This document shows, in pieces, positions 11,450 through 25,483 of a stretch of 64,000 nucleotides of DNA. The translations under genes were made by a program, and so were the position numbers. This DNA is from Vicugna vicugna (taxonomy: Eukaryota). The notes beneath the pieces were generated by a model that did no database searches, was not told the DNA's origin, and was given only the letters and a program-made list of their open reading frames with translations. Within the stretch, counting starts at the first letter, position 1; the number at the start of each line of letters is the position of its first letter. The stretch lies in contig MU057700.1 in NCBI GenBank assembly GCA_013265495.1, forward strand, positions 310,001 to 374,000. Reading direction: 5' to 3'.

Positions 11450-14400
11450 GGGACAGAGAAGAAAGTTCAGGGCCTGCTTGAGAAATTACCAAAGTGTAAC
11501 ACAGAGAGACAAAGACTGGAAAACACAAAATAGGTTAACAGATGTGGAGGATACTACTGGTTTAACGTATGTTATCATGTTATAGAAGGAAAGAGAGAGA
11601 GAATGAGGAAGAGACAATGAAAATGTAATAGCTAGAAGCTTTCAGAACTGACAAGAGACAATCCCAAAAGCCCAAAGATTCTTAAGCAGGATCAGAAAAA
11701 AATAAATCTGTGCCCTCAGACATATCATAGTGATACAGAACAGAGGTAAGAAGAGATTTTAAAGACAGCCAGAGAAAACGACAGTTGATTTCTTTTTCAC
11801 TTTGGAGTAGACAAAGGTGGTTAAAATTAGACACCAAAATTACTAGCCATAAAAGAAAACTGATAAACTGGACTTTTTATTAAAACTAAGAACTTTTGCT
11901 TATTAACAGATAACATGAAGAGAATGAAGAACAGTTCTCTGCCTGTGAAAAGATATCTGCAATATATAAATCTGACAAAAGACTCATACACAGAATATAG
12001 AAGTAACTCCTATAGATCATTTTTTTTAAAAGCCAGTTAAAGAAAAAGGACAAAATCCTGGAATAGGCATTTCACAAACAGGATATCCAAATGGCCAATA
12101 AGCACATAAAAAGATACTCAACATCATTTCCCTGATGATAAACTAAAATCAAAAATGAAGTCACTGTACACACCTAACAGAAATTAGAGTCCAAATTAAA
12201 AACACTGAAAACATTGTGTTGGGGAAGATGTGAAGCAACTGTATCTCTCACATGTGGCTGGAAGGGGGTCAGTGATTTGAAAGGACTGAGACAAATCTGC
12301 CAACATCTGGTAAGGCTATTCAAGAAAAAAGAAAAAGAAAAGGCACAAGTCAACAGTATCAGGAACGAAAGAGAGGCTATCACTGTAGACCCTTACATAT
12401 GACACAGATAACAAGAGGATATGGCAAATAACTCTGCACATTTCATCTAAAATTTCAAATTTATCGGTATAAATTCCTAGGAAACAGGACCTTACCTAAA
12501 TTAACTCAATCAAAACCGACTCTAGAAGAAATAGAAAATCTGAATAGTTCTACAAGCATTAAATAAATTAAACCAGTGATCAGAGATCTTCCCATATAGA
12601 AAAAGTTCAGGTCTAGGGGGCTTTCAGGCAGTTTTGCCAAATATTCAAGAAGAAATAATTCCAGTCTTATAAAACTTTTCTAGAAACACAGTAAGAAGGA
12701 ACCCCCTAGTAAGAAGATACAGGTAATCTGACTCATGAACATAGATTAAAAAAATGCCTGAAAAAATATATATACACATCCATACACAAATATATACAGA
12801 CATGTAATTAAATGTGTTTGTGTATGCACGCAAACCAAATCCAGCAAAGTATAAGGCTAATGTAATACGTCATGACAAACTGGAATTTACCCGAGGAATG
12901 CAACGGTACTTTAGGAATTTGATTAACCCAATTCATCAATTTAACATATTAAAGATGGAAAAAATATATATGATCATCTCAACATATACAGTATTTGTTA
13001 AATGCTCTCAAGCATGATAAAAACTTGCCAAGTAGTAACAGAAGGTTAACTTTATTAACTTAGTAAAGAGTATTTATAAAAACACCAACAGGAAATACCT
13101 TACTTACTAATGAAACACTGAGAGTGTCCCCTTTGAAATCAGAAACAGAGGCAGGATGTCCACAATTATCACTTTCAGTCAACATTGCACAATAAATCCT
13201 AACAAGCACAGTAAGACAAGAAAAATAAAGATATAAATATTGAAAAAGGCAATCAGCAAGCAATGGAAGGAAGAAATCTTTAACTTGATACAGAGTATCT
13301 ATCAGTAACCAAGGGAAAACTCATATTTAATGAGGTGACATTGGAAGCTTCACAGTTTTTACAATTTATAAAATGACAAGATTTCCCCCCTAAAATGGAA
13401 AACAAAAGTCAATGGAAACTCATCATGGAAATTTTTGAAAATACAGAAAAATCACAAAATAATATCTGATTTTCAAAAACAAAAATAAAAAATACCCCAA
13501 AAAGATTTTGAAAAGAAACAAAACTACTACTCATAGATACATGATTGTATAACAAAAAAACGCAAAAGAAACTAGAAACACATTATTAGAATTGTGTTTG
13601 GCAAGGTTGCTGAATACAAAAATTAACACACAAAAATGAGTTTGATTTCTAAATAGCAGAAACAGACAATAAAAATAAATAAAAGTTACAATGGCATCAA
13701 AAATGCAAACTACCTAAAAAAAACTAACAAATAATACATGTAAATCCACTGTGTGAAAAAGTATAAGATTTAATCGAAAAACAATAAAGACCGAAATAGA
13801 AATGCCATGTTCAAGGACTGGAAGGCTCCATATGATAAGAAATACACTTTCCCCAAAGTGATCTTACAGATTCAGTGAGATTCTACTCAAATTCACAAAT
13901 GTTTTCAAGAAACTTAAGCTTATTCTAAAATTTACATGAAAGTGCAAAGGCTACAAATAGCCATGACAATCTTTAAGAACAAGGTGATGGACTAGCTCTC
14001 AGCAATGTCAGCTTCTATAGAGTTACAGTAACTTAGACTGTGATGTAATGATGCGGTCATGGAAAGCCCAATGTGCTGAACAGATGAGAGCCAGCGTTAG
14101 GCCTGTGCACGTCTGACATCTGACGGATGAAAGTGGTTTTGCAGATCAGTGGGTAAAATACGGACTTCACAGTAAGGCAGCACTGGAAAAAAGTGAAATG
14201 AAATCCTTACCTCACACATCATACACAAACACCTCTTCCACTTAGATTAAAGACCTAACTGGGAAAAGCAAAGCCATGTATGAGGTATTCGGAAGATAAT
14301 ACAGAACAATAGCTTTAAGATATCCTTCTGTATTACAAGGTCATAAATCAATAATAAGTAGACTACATAAAGGAAAGAGATTAAGTAAACACATTAAAGT

Positions 14401-15235
14401 TAATTTTTATTCATCAAAAAGTACCATCGAGAATGGGAAAAGACAAATCACATCCTGTGAGAAGATATTTGCAAACATTTAACCAACAAGAATTGGTACC
14501 CAGAAGATGTAAGGAATTTCTGTGAACTGATAATAATGGGCAAAAAGACTGGAAATGCAAATTATAATAACAACTCATTCTTAAAGACCACTAAGATTAG
14601 CAAGAATGAATAAGCCTGACAAAATTAAGCATTACCAAGGATGCAAAGTGAATCTCTTATGGTGCTGGAGATGGTCCACTTTGGAAAGTAAGTTGAATGT
14701 GTACACAACCAATGACTTGGCATCGTTACTCCTAGAGAGATTCTCACATGCTCGTAAGAGACACGCACAGCAGTATTCAAGACAACATTGCTTGTGATAG
14801 CCAAAGCAAACAACAGAAAAACTACGAATGATCCAAATATCTATAAGCAGTAGCATAAACATTGTAGTATATTCATTTACTAGTCATAAAATGAATAATT
14901 TTGAGATTAACATGAGTGAACCTCAAAAACATCAATACTGAGAGAATGTATAATGAAATAATATGCATAAAAATTCAAAAACAGGCAAAATAGTCTATTG
15001 GGTAGAGATACACACACAGTTGGGAAAACTGTGAAGAAGAACAAGTAAAAAATTATCACAAAAATCAGGATAGTGACCATTACGAGTAAGGCTATGTGAT
15101 CAAGAAAGGGTACACAGAGGTCTTTTACTGGTGATGTTCTATATCCTAATCTGGCGCATGGTGTTGGTGTTACTGTTCTTTAAAATACACAATTACAAGT
15201 CATACACTTTCCTGTATTTATGATTTTTACAACAG
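11450..15235 (+). mobile_element. Cluster of old, fragmented L1 (L1M-type ORF1/ORF2/3'UTR pieces)
   Basis: A-rich + strand; ORF2-like pieces (KAQVNSIRNEREAITVDP; gaagaaatagaaaatctgaatag; aggatgtccacaattatcact); many stops and frameshifts. Confidence 0.8.
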
Positions 15236-15261
15236 AAAGAAATTAACGTCACATTTGCATT

Positions 15262-17039
15262 TAACTTTTGGTAATAAAATACTTTATTGGTACCGTTTAA
15301 TGTCAAAAACATAGTAATGTTTACACTGCTCAACTTCCATATTTAAATTAAAAGCTTGTTTTAAAAAACAGGAGAAAAGAAAAAAAATCATTTGATTCTG
15401 TCAAAAAACAAGCCACAACTCACCTTTGCAAATAATTAGGTTCTCTCATTTTAAATACCCTAATTCACTCGTCTTTACAATAAATAACTATAAAAGGAGA
15501 CGATGGCCTGAACAATTTTGCAGAGAATATTTTACACATCTTTAAAAAACAAGCCTAAATGCTACCCCAACTTAAAACTTGTAAGAGTAATTAGTAAGAG
15601 TTATTGTAAAATTGAATTCATGTAGCACCAAGAAACACAGGATTTATAATATTTGAGATAATAAGAGTAATGATTTATCCTCCATGAATTTTCAGGGGTT
15701 TATATACAAATAGCAAGAATTCAATATAAGTCCCTTTTAAAAGGCAAAGGTTAAAAAATCTGTGCATGCCTCTCACCACGTCTCCAATTTGTTGAGCTAG
15801 CAATTGACCCTATGGTAAAAGACCCATGCGTGGTAAGTAACATAGTATGGTCCTATCTGAATATGATTTCTTATTCATCTTGTCTCATTCATGTAATTTA
15901 CACCTCAATTAAAACACCACTCTATCTGCAAGTTATATATCTCCCTAAAATATCCTGCAATTCAGATGTCCATTTAGACAACCTTCCTCTCCTCCCCTTT
16001 CCTCGAATCAGTGTGATCTAATGGTATACCTCATTAAATTGTTTGGTCTTTCTCCCTTCAGTGAAACTCCCCCTTAACTCAAGGTATTATAATGCAAATA
16101 CAGATGAAGCATAATTAATATATTAGAAAAAAAGGATAATAAGTACATATGGATCCATGCTAAATGAGACAATACAAAGCAAAAAACACACAGTACCATG
16201 CTATGCTCATCTATTCTGAACCACAAGAAGGAGCCCTGGCTCATGTAAACTGCTACTCCCAGACACCCCCAGTGTCCTGTACTCCAACATAATTATCTGT
16301 TCTGTTCAAGACATTTCCCTGTTTATCTCTGTTTGTTCAAAAAAGTCTATAGCAACTTTGACTCCTAAACCTGAATATGATGATAAATTAGGAACACGTT
16401 ATATTTTTAATCAAGTCTAACCTAAGTATTTTCTCCTATTACCCATTTGTTTAAAAACAGATATTCAGGGGGCTAACCAACATAAAGTTGAGGGGTTTTT
16501 AAGCTCTGCCTTCTCTTGACTAGTTGGGGATTTCAGATGTGTCATTTAACTATCCTCTGCTTCAGTGAAAAAAGATTCTGCAAGCAACTGACCAAAGATC
16601 CTCATTTAAAAACCAAGCAGGTTGACCCAGTGGTCGGCAGGTGAAGAGCCCTTGTCGACACACTCCATCCACAACACTCCATCCTCCTGCAGGAACACGA
16701 TCCCGACCCACCATCAGCACAACACATTCCATCCCTCAGCCCAGATGTACCCAGAACACACAGCAGAATATGAAGCCGGGTAGAAATTAACTCAAAACTA
16801 CTCAGAACAAATACCAGATTTTGCTTTGTCAATGATTCCATAGTACAGTATTCTCACAAAACAGAGGCTTGTGTTACAACACTCCTCATACCAAGTTAAA
16901 CTGTGAAAGTAAAGTCATGTCAGCAAGAACACAAAAGATAAGCATGTCTTCTCTGAAAGAGGCACTGCATCTGGAATTGGAATTAAGGCTAAATAAATAG
17001 TGCTGGTTTTTGGTTCAGACTAATGCGCCAATGATTACA
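15262..17039 (-). other. CSGALNACT2: CSGALNACT2 3'UTR (~1.8 kb; end approximate)
   Basis: Follows the stop codon; AU-rich; ends at a poly(A) signal. Confidence 0.7.
15283..15288 (-). terminator. Polyadenylation signal AATAAA of CSGALNACT2
   Basis: tttatt on + strand at the boundary between unique AU-rich UTR and L1 sequence; ATTAAA nearby at 15296-15301. Confidence 0.7.
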
Positions 17040-17332
17040 TTAACCACCAGCTTCGCTGTTTGTCCTGTATGCCTGTTTGTGAAGATGCGTCTCTATCTCC
17101 TCCCTGAAGACCAGCATTCCCAGGTGCGAGTGAGAGGCCTCGTTCATGGCTTTGGACTGGATGCACATGCGGTACTGCTCGGGGGTCAACTCATCAGCAC
17201 AGCGTTTCTCATGCCAGAGGTGGAAAAGACCAGGGACTGGAGTCCGAATCACAATCAGGTCACCATGTAAGTATTTTCGATAAAGATGAACATCTTCTCC
17301 ACCCCAACCTTTGACTTCCATGTCAAATCCAC
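17040..17332 (-). CDS. CSGALNACT2: Chondroitin sulfate N-acetylgalactosaminyltransferase 2, exon 8 (last): [18 protein letters not shown]...NSEAGG-stop
   Basis: cccacag| acceptor; WGGED motif of beta4-glycosyltransferases; 293 nt closes a 1629-nt ORF. Confidence 0.97.
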
Positions 17333-18409
17333 CTGTGGGATCAAAACTGACACTATTAAATAACTGCCTGATAAAGATGTAAACATTCTGCTTCAAATGA
17401 GAGGACATGGTATAGTCCAAAGACACCTAACAAGGAAATTCTTGTTTGGAAATCTGGTTACCAGCTGTATCTAGAAGCTCAAAGTCTGTTGTTGAAAGTA
17501 TCAAAGTAAGATTAAATATTTGAGAATACTCTGCAAACTTCAAGGTTCTACATGAAATCTCTAGAAAGTCAAACAAAGGAGAAGGAAATATTAATCACCC
17601 ATAACACCACCATTAATATTTTATTATGTTTTCTTTCAATCCTTTGAGATCCAAGTTTTTCTGGGTCACAAAAACTTTCCAGAGAGGAGAACTGAAGAAA
17701 TGGCCAAGCTGGAAACACAAAATTGAGACTGGGCACACAGATGATTTAAAGCTACAGAAGTGGATGAAATTACTGGAGTTTAGAAGGAAAACAGGACCCA
17801 GGTCTAAACGCTAAGAAATGCTGATATCTAGAGGGTAAACAGGCAGAGAAAGGCAAGTCAGCAAAAAAGACTGAAAGATGGCCCCAGGGGAGGGAGACAG
17901 TTCTGGAGAATGTGCTATCACAGTAGTCAAGTAAGGAGAGCACCTTGAGGAAGAAATGGTCAAGCATGTGCTGCTCAATTAAGAACTTAAAAAGAATCAA
18001 GCAGACCTGGCAACATAAATGTAATTTCCAGCCTTACCTCAAATGAGGGAGACAGAGTTCAGACTATTTTCAAACTGGTTTAAGGTGAACTAACTTCTTA
18101 AAGAAGCATGGTAGATACAAGCTATTTTGAGTTTTTTTGAAGAGCTAGAAAGATTTTTAAAAACAGAGAAAAAAATTAATTCTTTAATTAAGAGCTAGGT
18201 TTCCAAATTATATCTTTTGTCAAATAATTCTAGGTCACTTAATTTCACACTCACAGGATGACTATCCTGAGATCACTGTAAAGGATACTTTAAATAGTCA
18301 CAGCTGTATTCAATGCTGTGTCTGACATGTATGATCTTGGCTTTTCTTCCCTGTAAATATGAACCAGCTCTTCAAATATCAGAGATGGTGTAGATAGTGA
18401 GAACAAACA

Positions 18410-21010
18410 GAGGACTTCTGGTTTCTGATTCAGCATGTACAGAGCTTAGAAGTCATCACTCCATCCTGACAAGTAAAAAGCTGGGCAAACTGCAAAATCG
18501 ACCACTCTTCTCAGATCCCTCAGAGAAACAAAGTCACAGAGCAAACTGCCGCTCTCCCCCAAAGTGAAGAGGCAGATGAGTAAGACAACCACAAATATTA
18601 GAGAAGAAACCCACGAGCAGAAATCTCCAGGGGAACCAGTACTGGGGCAGGAAAATCTGAACTGTAATTGATGAATTGCTAGAGGCTCAGTGGAAAAGTC
18701 TGAGCTGGAAACTCCAGGGGGCCCAGGCAGGGAGGGGCCCCTGCACTTCTGTAAGTTCACCTCTAGGTCTACCAGGTTCTCACAGTGAGGACTGGAGAAA
18801 AATCCCATAGTGCTTCCAGGAGGAGGAGGAAAGTAACCATTCTGAAATATGCCAGAGCATTTTGTTCTTCTTAACAAGGCCTGCCCTCAGGAAAAAATAT
18901 TTTACCAGAGTCTAACCTATCTGGGGGAAAGGATATACTCAACTCCAGCCCACTCCAGCCATCCTGTCCCACCTAAGGTTAGAGCAGTGTCTGAGAAACA
19001 ATTGTGAAGTTCACAGTCCAGACTCACAGGCTCACTAAAGGACTGAGACCTTATCACTGGACTATGGAACACTTCCTCTTCTTTCACATTTTTTACCATC
19101 ACATCACTGAAGGCCTGTTTACGGCAATTTCCTTCACCCAGCACATCATGTTCAGCTATGAAGAAAAAAGTTACGCAAACTACAAATCAAAAACAGTTTA
19201 AAGAGAAAGAGCAAACATCAGAACCAGACCCAGATATGGCAGGAATGTTGAAATTCTAGGACTGGGAATTTAAAACTGTGATTAATGCTAAGGACGCTAA
19301 TGAAAAAAAGAGACAACACGCAGGAACAGGTGGGTAATGTAAGCAGAGAGAGAGGTATTCTAAGAAAGAATCATAAAGAAATGCTGAAGACAGAAAACAA
19401 TGTACCAGAAATGAATATCTTTGAGGGGCTCACAAGTAGACTGGACTTAGCTGAGGAAAGAATCTCTGAACTTGAGGACACACGCATAGAGACTTCTAAA
19501 ACTGAAAAGCAAAAAGAAAGAAGACTGGGGGAAGAGGGGAAAGAAGAATAGATAAAACGGAATAGGATATCCAAGAACTGTGGGACAACTAAAGAAGGTG
19601 TAACATATGTATAATGGGAATACCAGAAGGGGAGGAAACAGAGGAAGGAACAGAAGCTCCAAATGAAAGAGGCCAAACTGCAAACAAGTGCTGCTGAGGG
19701 CAGGGACCCCCTTTCTCACCCAGCCCACCTTCACAGGGCAGAGGCTCTACTACAGAAGGGAGTGTGGCCCTTCTGCTCCCACCTAATGTCCTGATAATAA
19801 AGTGGGGATGTCACACTGAGAGAAGTGTGACACTGTCTCTCCCCCAGCTCTGGAGCAGAGACTCAGAGACTTTTGTCAGGGGAAGGGGCAGTCCATAAGA
19901 ACAAATGCTCCAGAGCTTTTCCCAAAGGAATTGACTTTATTTGAAACAGACTGCAGAAGTTCAGGCCAAAGGGGGTTCTTGACAAGGGAGATTTTGGTGT
20001 AAACAATTAAGAGGAGGCTTGTAGCCCTATGAAAGCAAGCTAAAATGTAGGCCAGCTAGTTTACCAGAGAGAAGCCGGGAAAGAGACAGCCAAGCAGAGC
20101 CCTCCTGGAGGCCAAACAAACCTCAAAGACTTGCCTCAAAAACTATTCTGGGTTCAATTTAATTGTTCAGACCGTGGAGCAATCTATGTCCCAGAGCACT
20201 GTCAAAAACAAGAGAACAATCAGTGAGCAAATGAGTGCAGCCTAATAGTCAGGAGTGTCACCAACAGTGGCAGAGAAAAGAGAGAGTCAAAGAAAGCCCT
20301 GCTAAATCCAGCACCATCCCAGGATGACTGTGCACATGCCCTGATGAGTGACACGAGAAGCTTCATGTTGTTGGGAGGGAGAGAGTGGGGAGACAGAATT
20401 CACTAAAATAGTAAAAGCCAATCAATAAATAAATCAGCAAAAACAAAACAAAATACAAACTCTGGACACAGTAGGAATCAATATCTAGAATCAAAACATT
20501 ATCTAGAATGTCCACTTTCCAAAGAAGAAATTATGAGGTAGGTAAAGAAATAGAAAAGTGTGACCTGTGCACAGGAAGAACAGCAGGCAACAGAATCTGC
20601 CTGTGAGAGGGTCCAGATGGCAGTTTTAACAAAGATTTCAAAATAATCATTATAAGTATGTTCAAAAAATTAAAAGAAATCATGCATAAAGAAGTAACAG
20701 AAAGATGACAATGTCTCATCAAGTAGAGAATATTGATAAAGATAGGAATTATATATTAAAAAGAGAGAATTCTGGAGTTAAAAAGTACCATAACTCAAAT
20801 GAAAAATTCTTTAGAGCAGCTCAACAGTAGATCTAAACTACCAAAAGAAGAGTCAATGAGCTTGAAGATAGATCAATTGAGATTATACAGCATGAAAAAG
20901 GAGAAAAAGAATGAAGGAAAACGAACAGTCTGGAGAAATGTGGGACACCATTAACTGTACTAACACGTATCTAATAGGAATACGAGGAGAAAACAATGAG
21001 AAAGGAGCAA
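18410..21010 (+). mobile_element. Old L1 5'UTR/ORF1 fragments (two partial ORF1 coiled-coil segments)
   Basis: ORF 19285-19551 (GLTSRLDLAEERISELED) is L1 ORF1-like; a second similar segment lies at 20640-20990. Confidence 0.8.
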
Positions 21011-21873
21011 TAAGAAGTAACACAGGTCAGAAGGTGGTGATGCATCCTTAATGTTTTACCAAGCAAGAAAACAGGGAAAAAGGTACCAGTTTCACTTAAT
21101 AGTCTTTTTGTTACTATTTGCTGATTTTTCCATCACTTGTCACAAATATAAAAAGACAAGGTGGAAGAACTTCCAAAATAAAAGGCTTGATTATAAAAAT
21201 GAAGGTAAAATTGACCTAAAAAGTAAATAAAATATATTCTATTAAAGATACACATAATGTATTCCAATACACTACAGCAAGGTAGCCCCTAAATGAATCA
21301 GAAGACATGGAATCAGGTTTCAGCCTGCTTCCTTAAACTACGCTTTGATGCTTTATTTTTTGCTGGGTAAGAGAATGAAGCTGGGTTGGGGCAGGTAGCT
21401 TAGATCAAATTCTTCATGGTCATCTCTGGTTAAGGGGAATGGATGACTAAATCAGTGTTTCCAAGTCCCCCACTCCAACTTCAACCAGAGCTAGAAAGAG
21501 CAGGCTTTTTTTCCATTTGTTTTGAATACTAGGATTTTGCACTAAGTCCAAAAGACAAATAAAGGTGGTTTCATCTCTAAATAAAAGATATGAAAGCCGT
21601 GGACTAGATAATCCAACATTACCTCTAGCTGTAACAATCTGTGAGCACAACACCAAAGTTAGATAAAGACTTTTTATAAGAGTACTCAAATGCAAATACG
21701 GGTATTTTATCTTTAAGACTTCATTCTTCTGTTCAAAGACACTAATTATAAACTCACTTTGACTTTCATATTCCCACATTCTTCTTTTCAGTTAATCTCA
21801 GACATTCAAAATTTAATAGGAAAACACTCAAATCTGAAATATTACCTTATCCTTAAACGTAAGGTACACTCAC

Positions 21874-21955
21874 CAATGGTCAGAAAATCTGATCGATACT
21901 GACAAGTCATTCCAAAGCCAAAATCTCGCCAGAAGCCAGAATCCTTTTTGTGAAC
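21874..21955 (-). CDS. CSGALNACT2: CSGALNACT2 exon 7 ([27 protein letters not shown])
   Basis: cttaag| acceptor, |gtgagt donor, 82 nt, phase compatible. Confidence 0.95.
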
Positions 21956-22245
21956 CTTAAGTTTAAAAAACAAAACTCAATTTAACCCCTCAAAAACTAC
22001 ACGTTGTTTTAATCAACAATGAAACAAAATATTTTCCAAATAATACTTTTTCCTATCATTTATGTGATTATTAATGGATCACAATTTATATTATAAAATC
22101 CTTACAAAATTAACTAAAATACAGTAATCCCCATGAGCACAGGATTCTTGCCACTTTCAATTTAACTGAATTCAAGCCTTGTACAAAATGCAAGTTGAGG
22201 TTACTATTAATCAAATGGTGTGATGCCTGACCTCAAGGGGCTTAC

Positions 22246-23009
22246 TTTTTTTTTAATTGAAGTATAGTTGATTTATAATGTTGTGCTAGTTTCAGGTGTA
22301 CAGCAAAGTGATTCGGTTACACACACACACACATATTCTTTTCCAGATTCTTTTCCATTATAGGTTATTACAAGAGATTGAATATATATATATATAGTAG
22401 GCCCTTGTTGTTTATCTATTTTATATATAGTAGTGTGTACCTGTTAATCCCAAACTCCTAATTAACCCCTCATTCCACCTTTCCCCTTTGGTGACAATAA
22501 GTTTTCTATGTTTGTGAGTCTATTTCTGTTTTGTAAATAAGTTCATTTGTATCATTCTTTTAAGATTCCACATATATGTGATATCATATATTTGTCTTTA
22601 TCTGACTTCACTTAGTATGATAATCAATAGGTCCATCCATGTTGCTACAAATGGCATTATTTCATTCTTTTTAATGACTGAGTAATATTCCACCTCATAT
22701 ATGTGTGTATATTCCATCACACACACACACACACATTATATATAGATACACTACATCTTTACCCAGTCACCTGTCAATGAACATTTAGGTTGCTACCATG
22801 TCTTGGCCATTGTAAATAGTGCTGCTATGAACAATGGGGTGCATGTGTCTTTTCAAATTAGAGTTTTTGTCTTTTTTGGATATATGCCCAGGAGTGGGAT
22901 TGCTGGATCGTATGATATCTCTGTTTTTAGTTTTTTAAGGACCCTCCATACTGTTCTCTATAGCGGCTGCACCAATTTACATTCCCACCAAAAGTATAGG
23001 AGGGTTCGG
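22246..23009 (-). mobile_element. 5'-truncated L1 3' end (L1MA-like / artiodactyl type) with poly(A) and imperfect TSD
   Basis: T-run then aattgaagtatagttgattt...; ORF2 C-terminus antisense (tatatgcccaggagtgggattgctggatc); flanks ggggcttac (22237-22245) / ggggctgac (23010-23018). Confidence 0.88.
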
Positions 23010-23412
23010 GGGGCTGACATTCTATTTTAGGAGGATACCAGCTATACAAGCACATACCGTAACACACCCATCAATTCTAAACAGTAGACCTCATATGGTG
23101 CCTAGTCAGCATCTTTCCCCCACCCTCTTCCTGACTATATAGTTTTGCTCAGGTAATTACCTGGCCCCATGCAGCCATGAGCTTCAGGGACGCTCCATTC
23201 ACCTGCAATGTCAGACTGGGCCATGAACACTCTATACCAGTGAGAAAGTCTCACCCCACTTACCGTAGGAACTGATTAACTAACAGGCATTAGACAAAAT
23301 TCGGGCCAACATGCTAAAAAGGAAGGTTGTTGAGAACTTTGCAAAACAAAGCCCCCACATTCTGCTGAGAGAGCTACTAGAAAGACACTTGCTCTCTTTG
23401 GATGCTGTAGGG

Positions 23413-23632
23413 CAGAAGCAAACAAACTACTGCCTCCAGGCTACATCTCGCCTGCCATCTGGTTTTGTAAATACTTTTATTGGAACACAGCCACACTCAC
23501 TTGTTTACAGACTGTCTGAGTGTTTTCGTGGTACAATGACAGAGGTGAATAGTTGCAACAGGCACTGTATGGCCTGAAATACCTAAAATATTTTCTATGT
23601 GGCTCTTTACAGAAGAAGTTTGCCAACCCCTG
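23413..23632. mobile_element. MER58A-like hAT-Charlie MITE
   Basis: ttttattggaacacagccac...aagtttgccaacccctg; 8-bp TSD ctgtaggg / gtgtaggg. Confidence 0.8.
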
Positions 23633-23819
23633 GTGTAGGGTATAGATGTGACATTTGGGACTGCTGTGGTCCTTTTTCACAATGAAGGGCACCAGCTTTA
23701 AAATGGAGCAGTCACCACTGAAGTTCAAGCAGATAAAGAAAAAGAAAATCATTGCTTTGATGGTACTGAGCTTGCAGAATTACATGAAAGCTGAATCCTG
23801 ATAAACGTCCTTTTTAAAT

Positions 23820-24230
23820 TCATTCATTCAACAAGGGTTTAATCTATTGCACTTGGTTCTGGGAGCTGGAACCCAGCAGAGGTGACAAAGTCCTTGCTAT
23901 CACAGAGCCTCTGTTTTGATGGAAAAATAGCAAATAAATAAATGTAAGTCTTGCGTGGTGATACATGCTAGGAAGAAAGATGCCAGGACAAACAGCATGC
24001 TATAGAGAGAAATTTTAGATATAATGCCCACAGAAGGCCTTTCTGAGGAGGGACGTTGGAGCAGGGACCCTAGTGAAATCAGGAAGCAAGCTATGCAAAT
24101 ATCTGAGATCATTCCAGACAAAACACGTACAATGGCTCTGAGGTAGAAGTGCACTTGATGTGTTCGACAAACACTAAGGAAACAATGTGGGAAGACCCCA
24201 GAAAGCAAGCGTGAGAAGAATGAGGCCCCA
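23820..24230 (-). mobile_element. L2 fragment
   Basis: ttcattcattcaacaa terminus; gaaggcctttctgaggagggacgttggagcagggaccc. Confidence 0.6.
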
Positions 24231-25170
24231 GGGCAAGAAATGGCTATATTTTTCAAACATAAGTGGTATTACACTATTTCTATATGTGTATAGTAATGAT
24301 CCAAAAGAGGCAAAATGTTAGGATAGGGGAGAATAAAAAATGGCTGGAGGGGCGTCCCTGTTTAGGCGTGAGGGATGAACTCTATCTAGTTCACCAAAAA
24401 AGGACGAGCTGGCGTTATGAAGGGACGTGGGCAGTTCCTCCACCCGGAATGGAGAGAGGCTGGGGATGTGATACGGAGCCAGTGAGGTGGATGGATCTCA
24501 TGACAGGAAAATAAGGAAGTGAACATCTCACTGCTTCTCTTTTCTAAGTGAGATACGAAGCAGGATACGTGGAGAGTGAGAGTGGTGAGGGCTGCTGGCA
24601 GGTGGGAGGACAGTGTCACTGGCCTGCACAGCGAAGGACACAGAGTGGGTGGACTAGGGTGTGGCACGGGACCACAGGGCAGTCATACATGTAAAGCTAT
24701 GCCCTGCAGTGGGACTGTCTCTCACTCTCTACCCACATTCTGCTGCTCTGGGGCCTGGTTGACAGAGCTGCCCTTAACTAGGTTGGGGTTTTAAGAGAAA
24801 ACACTGGAAGAACAGAGGGATGAAGGAGATGAGTGTAGAGCAGAAAAGAGGCTGTGGATAATGACTGACCATGGAGTCTGAGTTGTGTATGGAGGGAAGT
24901 GGGGATATGGGTGTGAGGAGGGTGACAGAAAGCAGAGAGACAGGCACCTCATCCAAACTGCTGCGTTCTAAGCCACTTCCTCCAAGAAATGAAGTTAGAG
25001 CTGGGATCTGAGAGGTAAGTAGGAGTTAGCAGAGTGAAAGAAGTGCTGAGAGAAAGTTTTAGGCAAAAGAACAGTTTGTGCAAAGGCCTGAGATCAGAAA
25101 GAGCACTGTGGGTGAAAGACAGTGGGACTGAACACTGGAGTCAGAAGTAGAGGGGCCCACAAATGTGGAG

Positions 25171-25483
25171 CAGGGATTAGAAAACTTTCGTAAAAAACTA
25201 GATGGTAAATATTTTAGGCTCTGCAGTGCATAGACTCTTTGTCACAACTACTCAGCTCTGCCACTGTAGTGTGAAAGAAGTCATTAAAGATAAATGATCA
25301 AATAAACATGCTGCATTCCAAAAAACTATTTATGGCCACTTAAATTTGAATTTCACATAATTTTCATGTGTCATGAAGTATTACCCTTTAAAAAATATTT
25401 TTCAACCACTCTTAACTTATGGGCCATACAAAACTAGGCAGCAGGCTGGATTTGGCCTGCGGGCCACAGACTGCTGACCCCTG
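25171..25483. mobile_element. MER58B-like hAT-Charlie element, inside antisense L2 sequence (~24990-26030)
   Basis: cagggattagaaaactt...gtaaatattttaggct...gatttggcctgcgggccacagactgctgacccctg. Confidence 0.75.

Noticed and set aside
19285..19551. 88-aa coiled-coil ORF
   Set aside because: Fragment of a decayed L1 ORF1.
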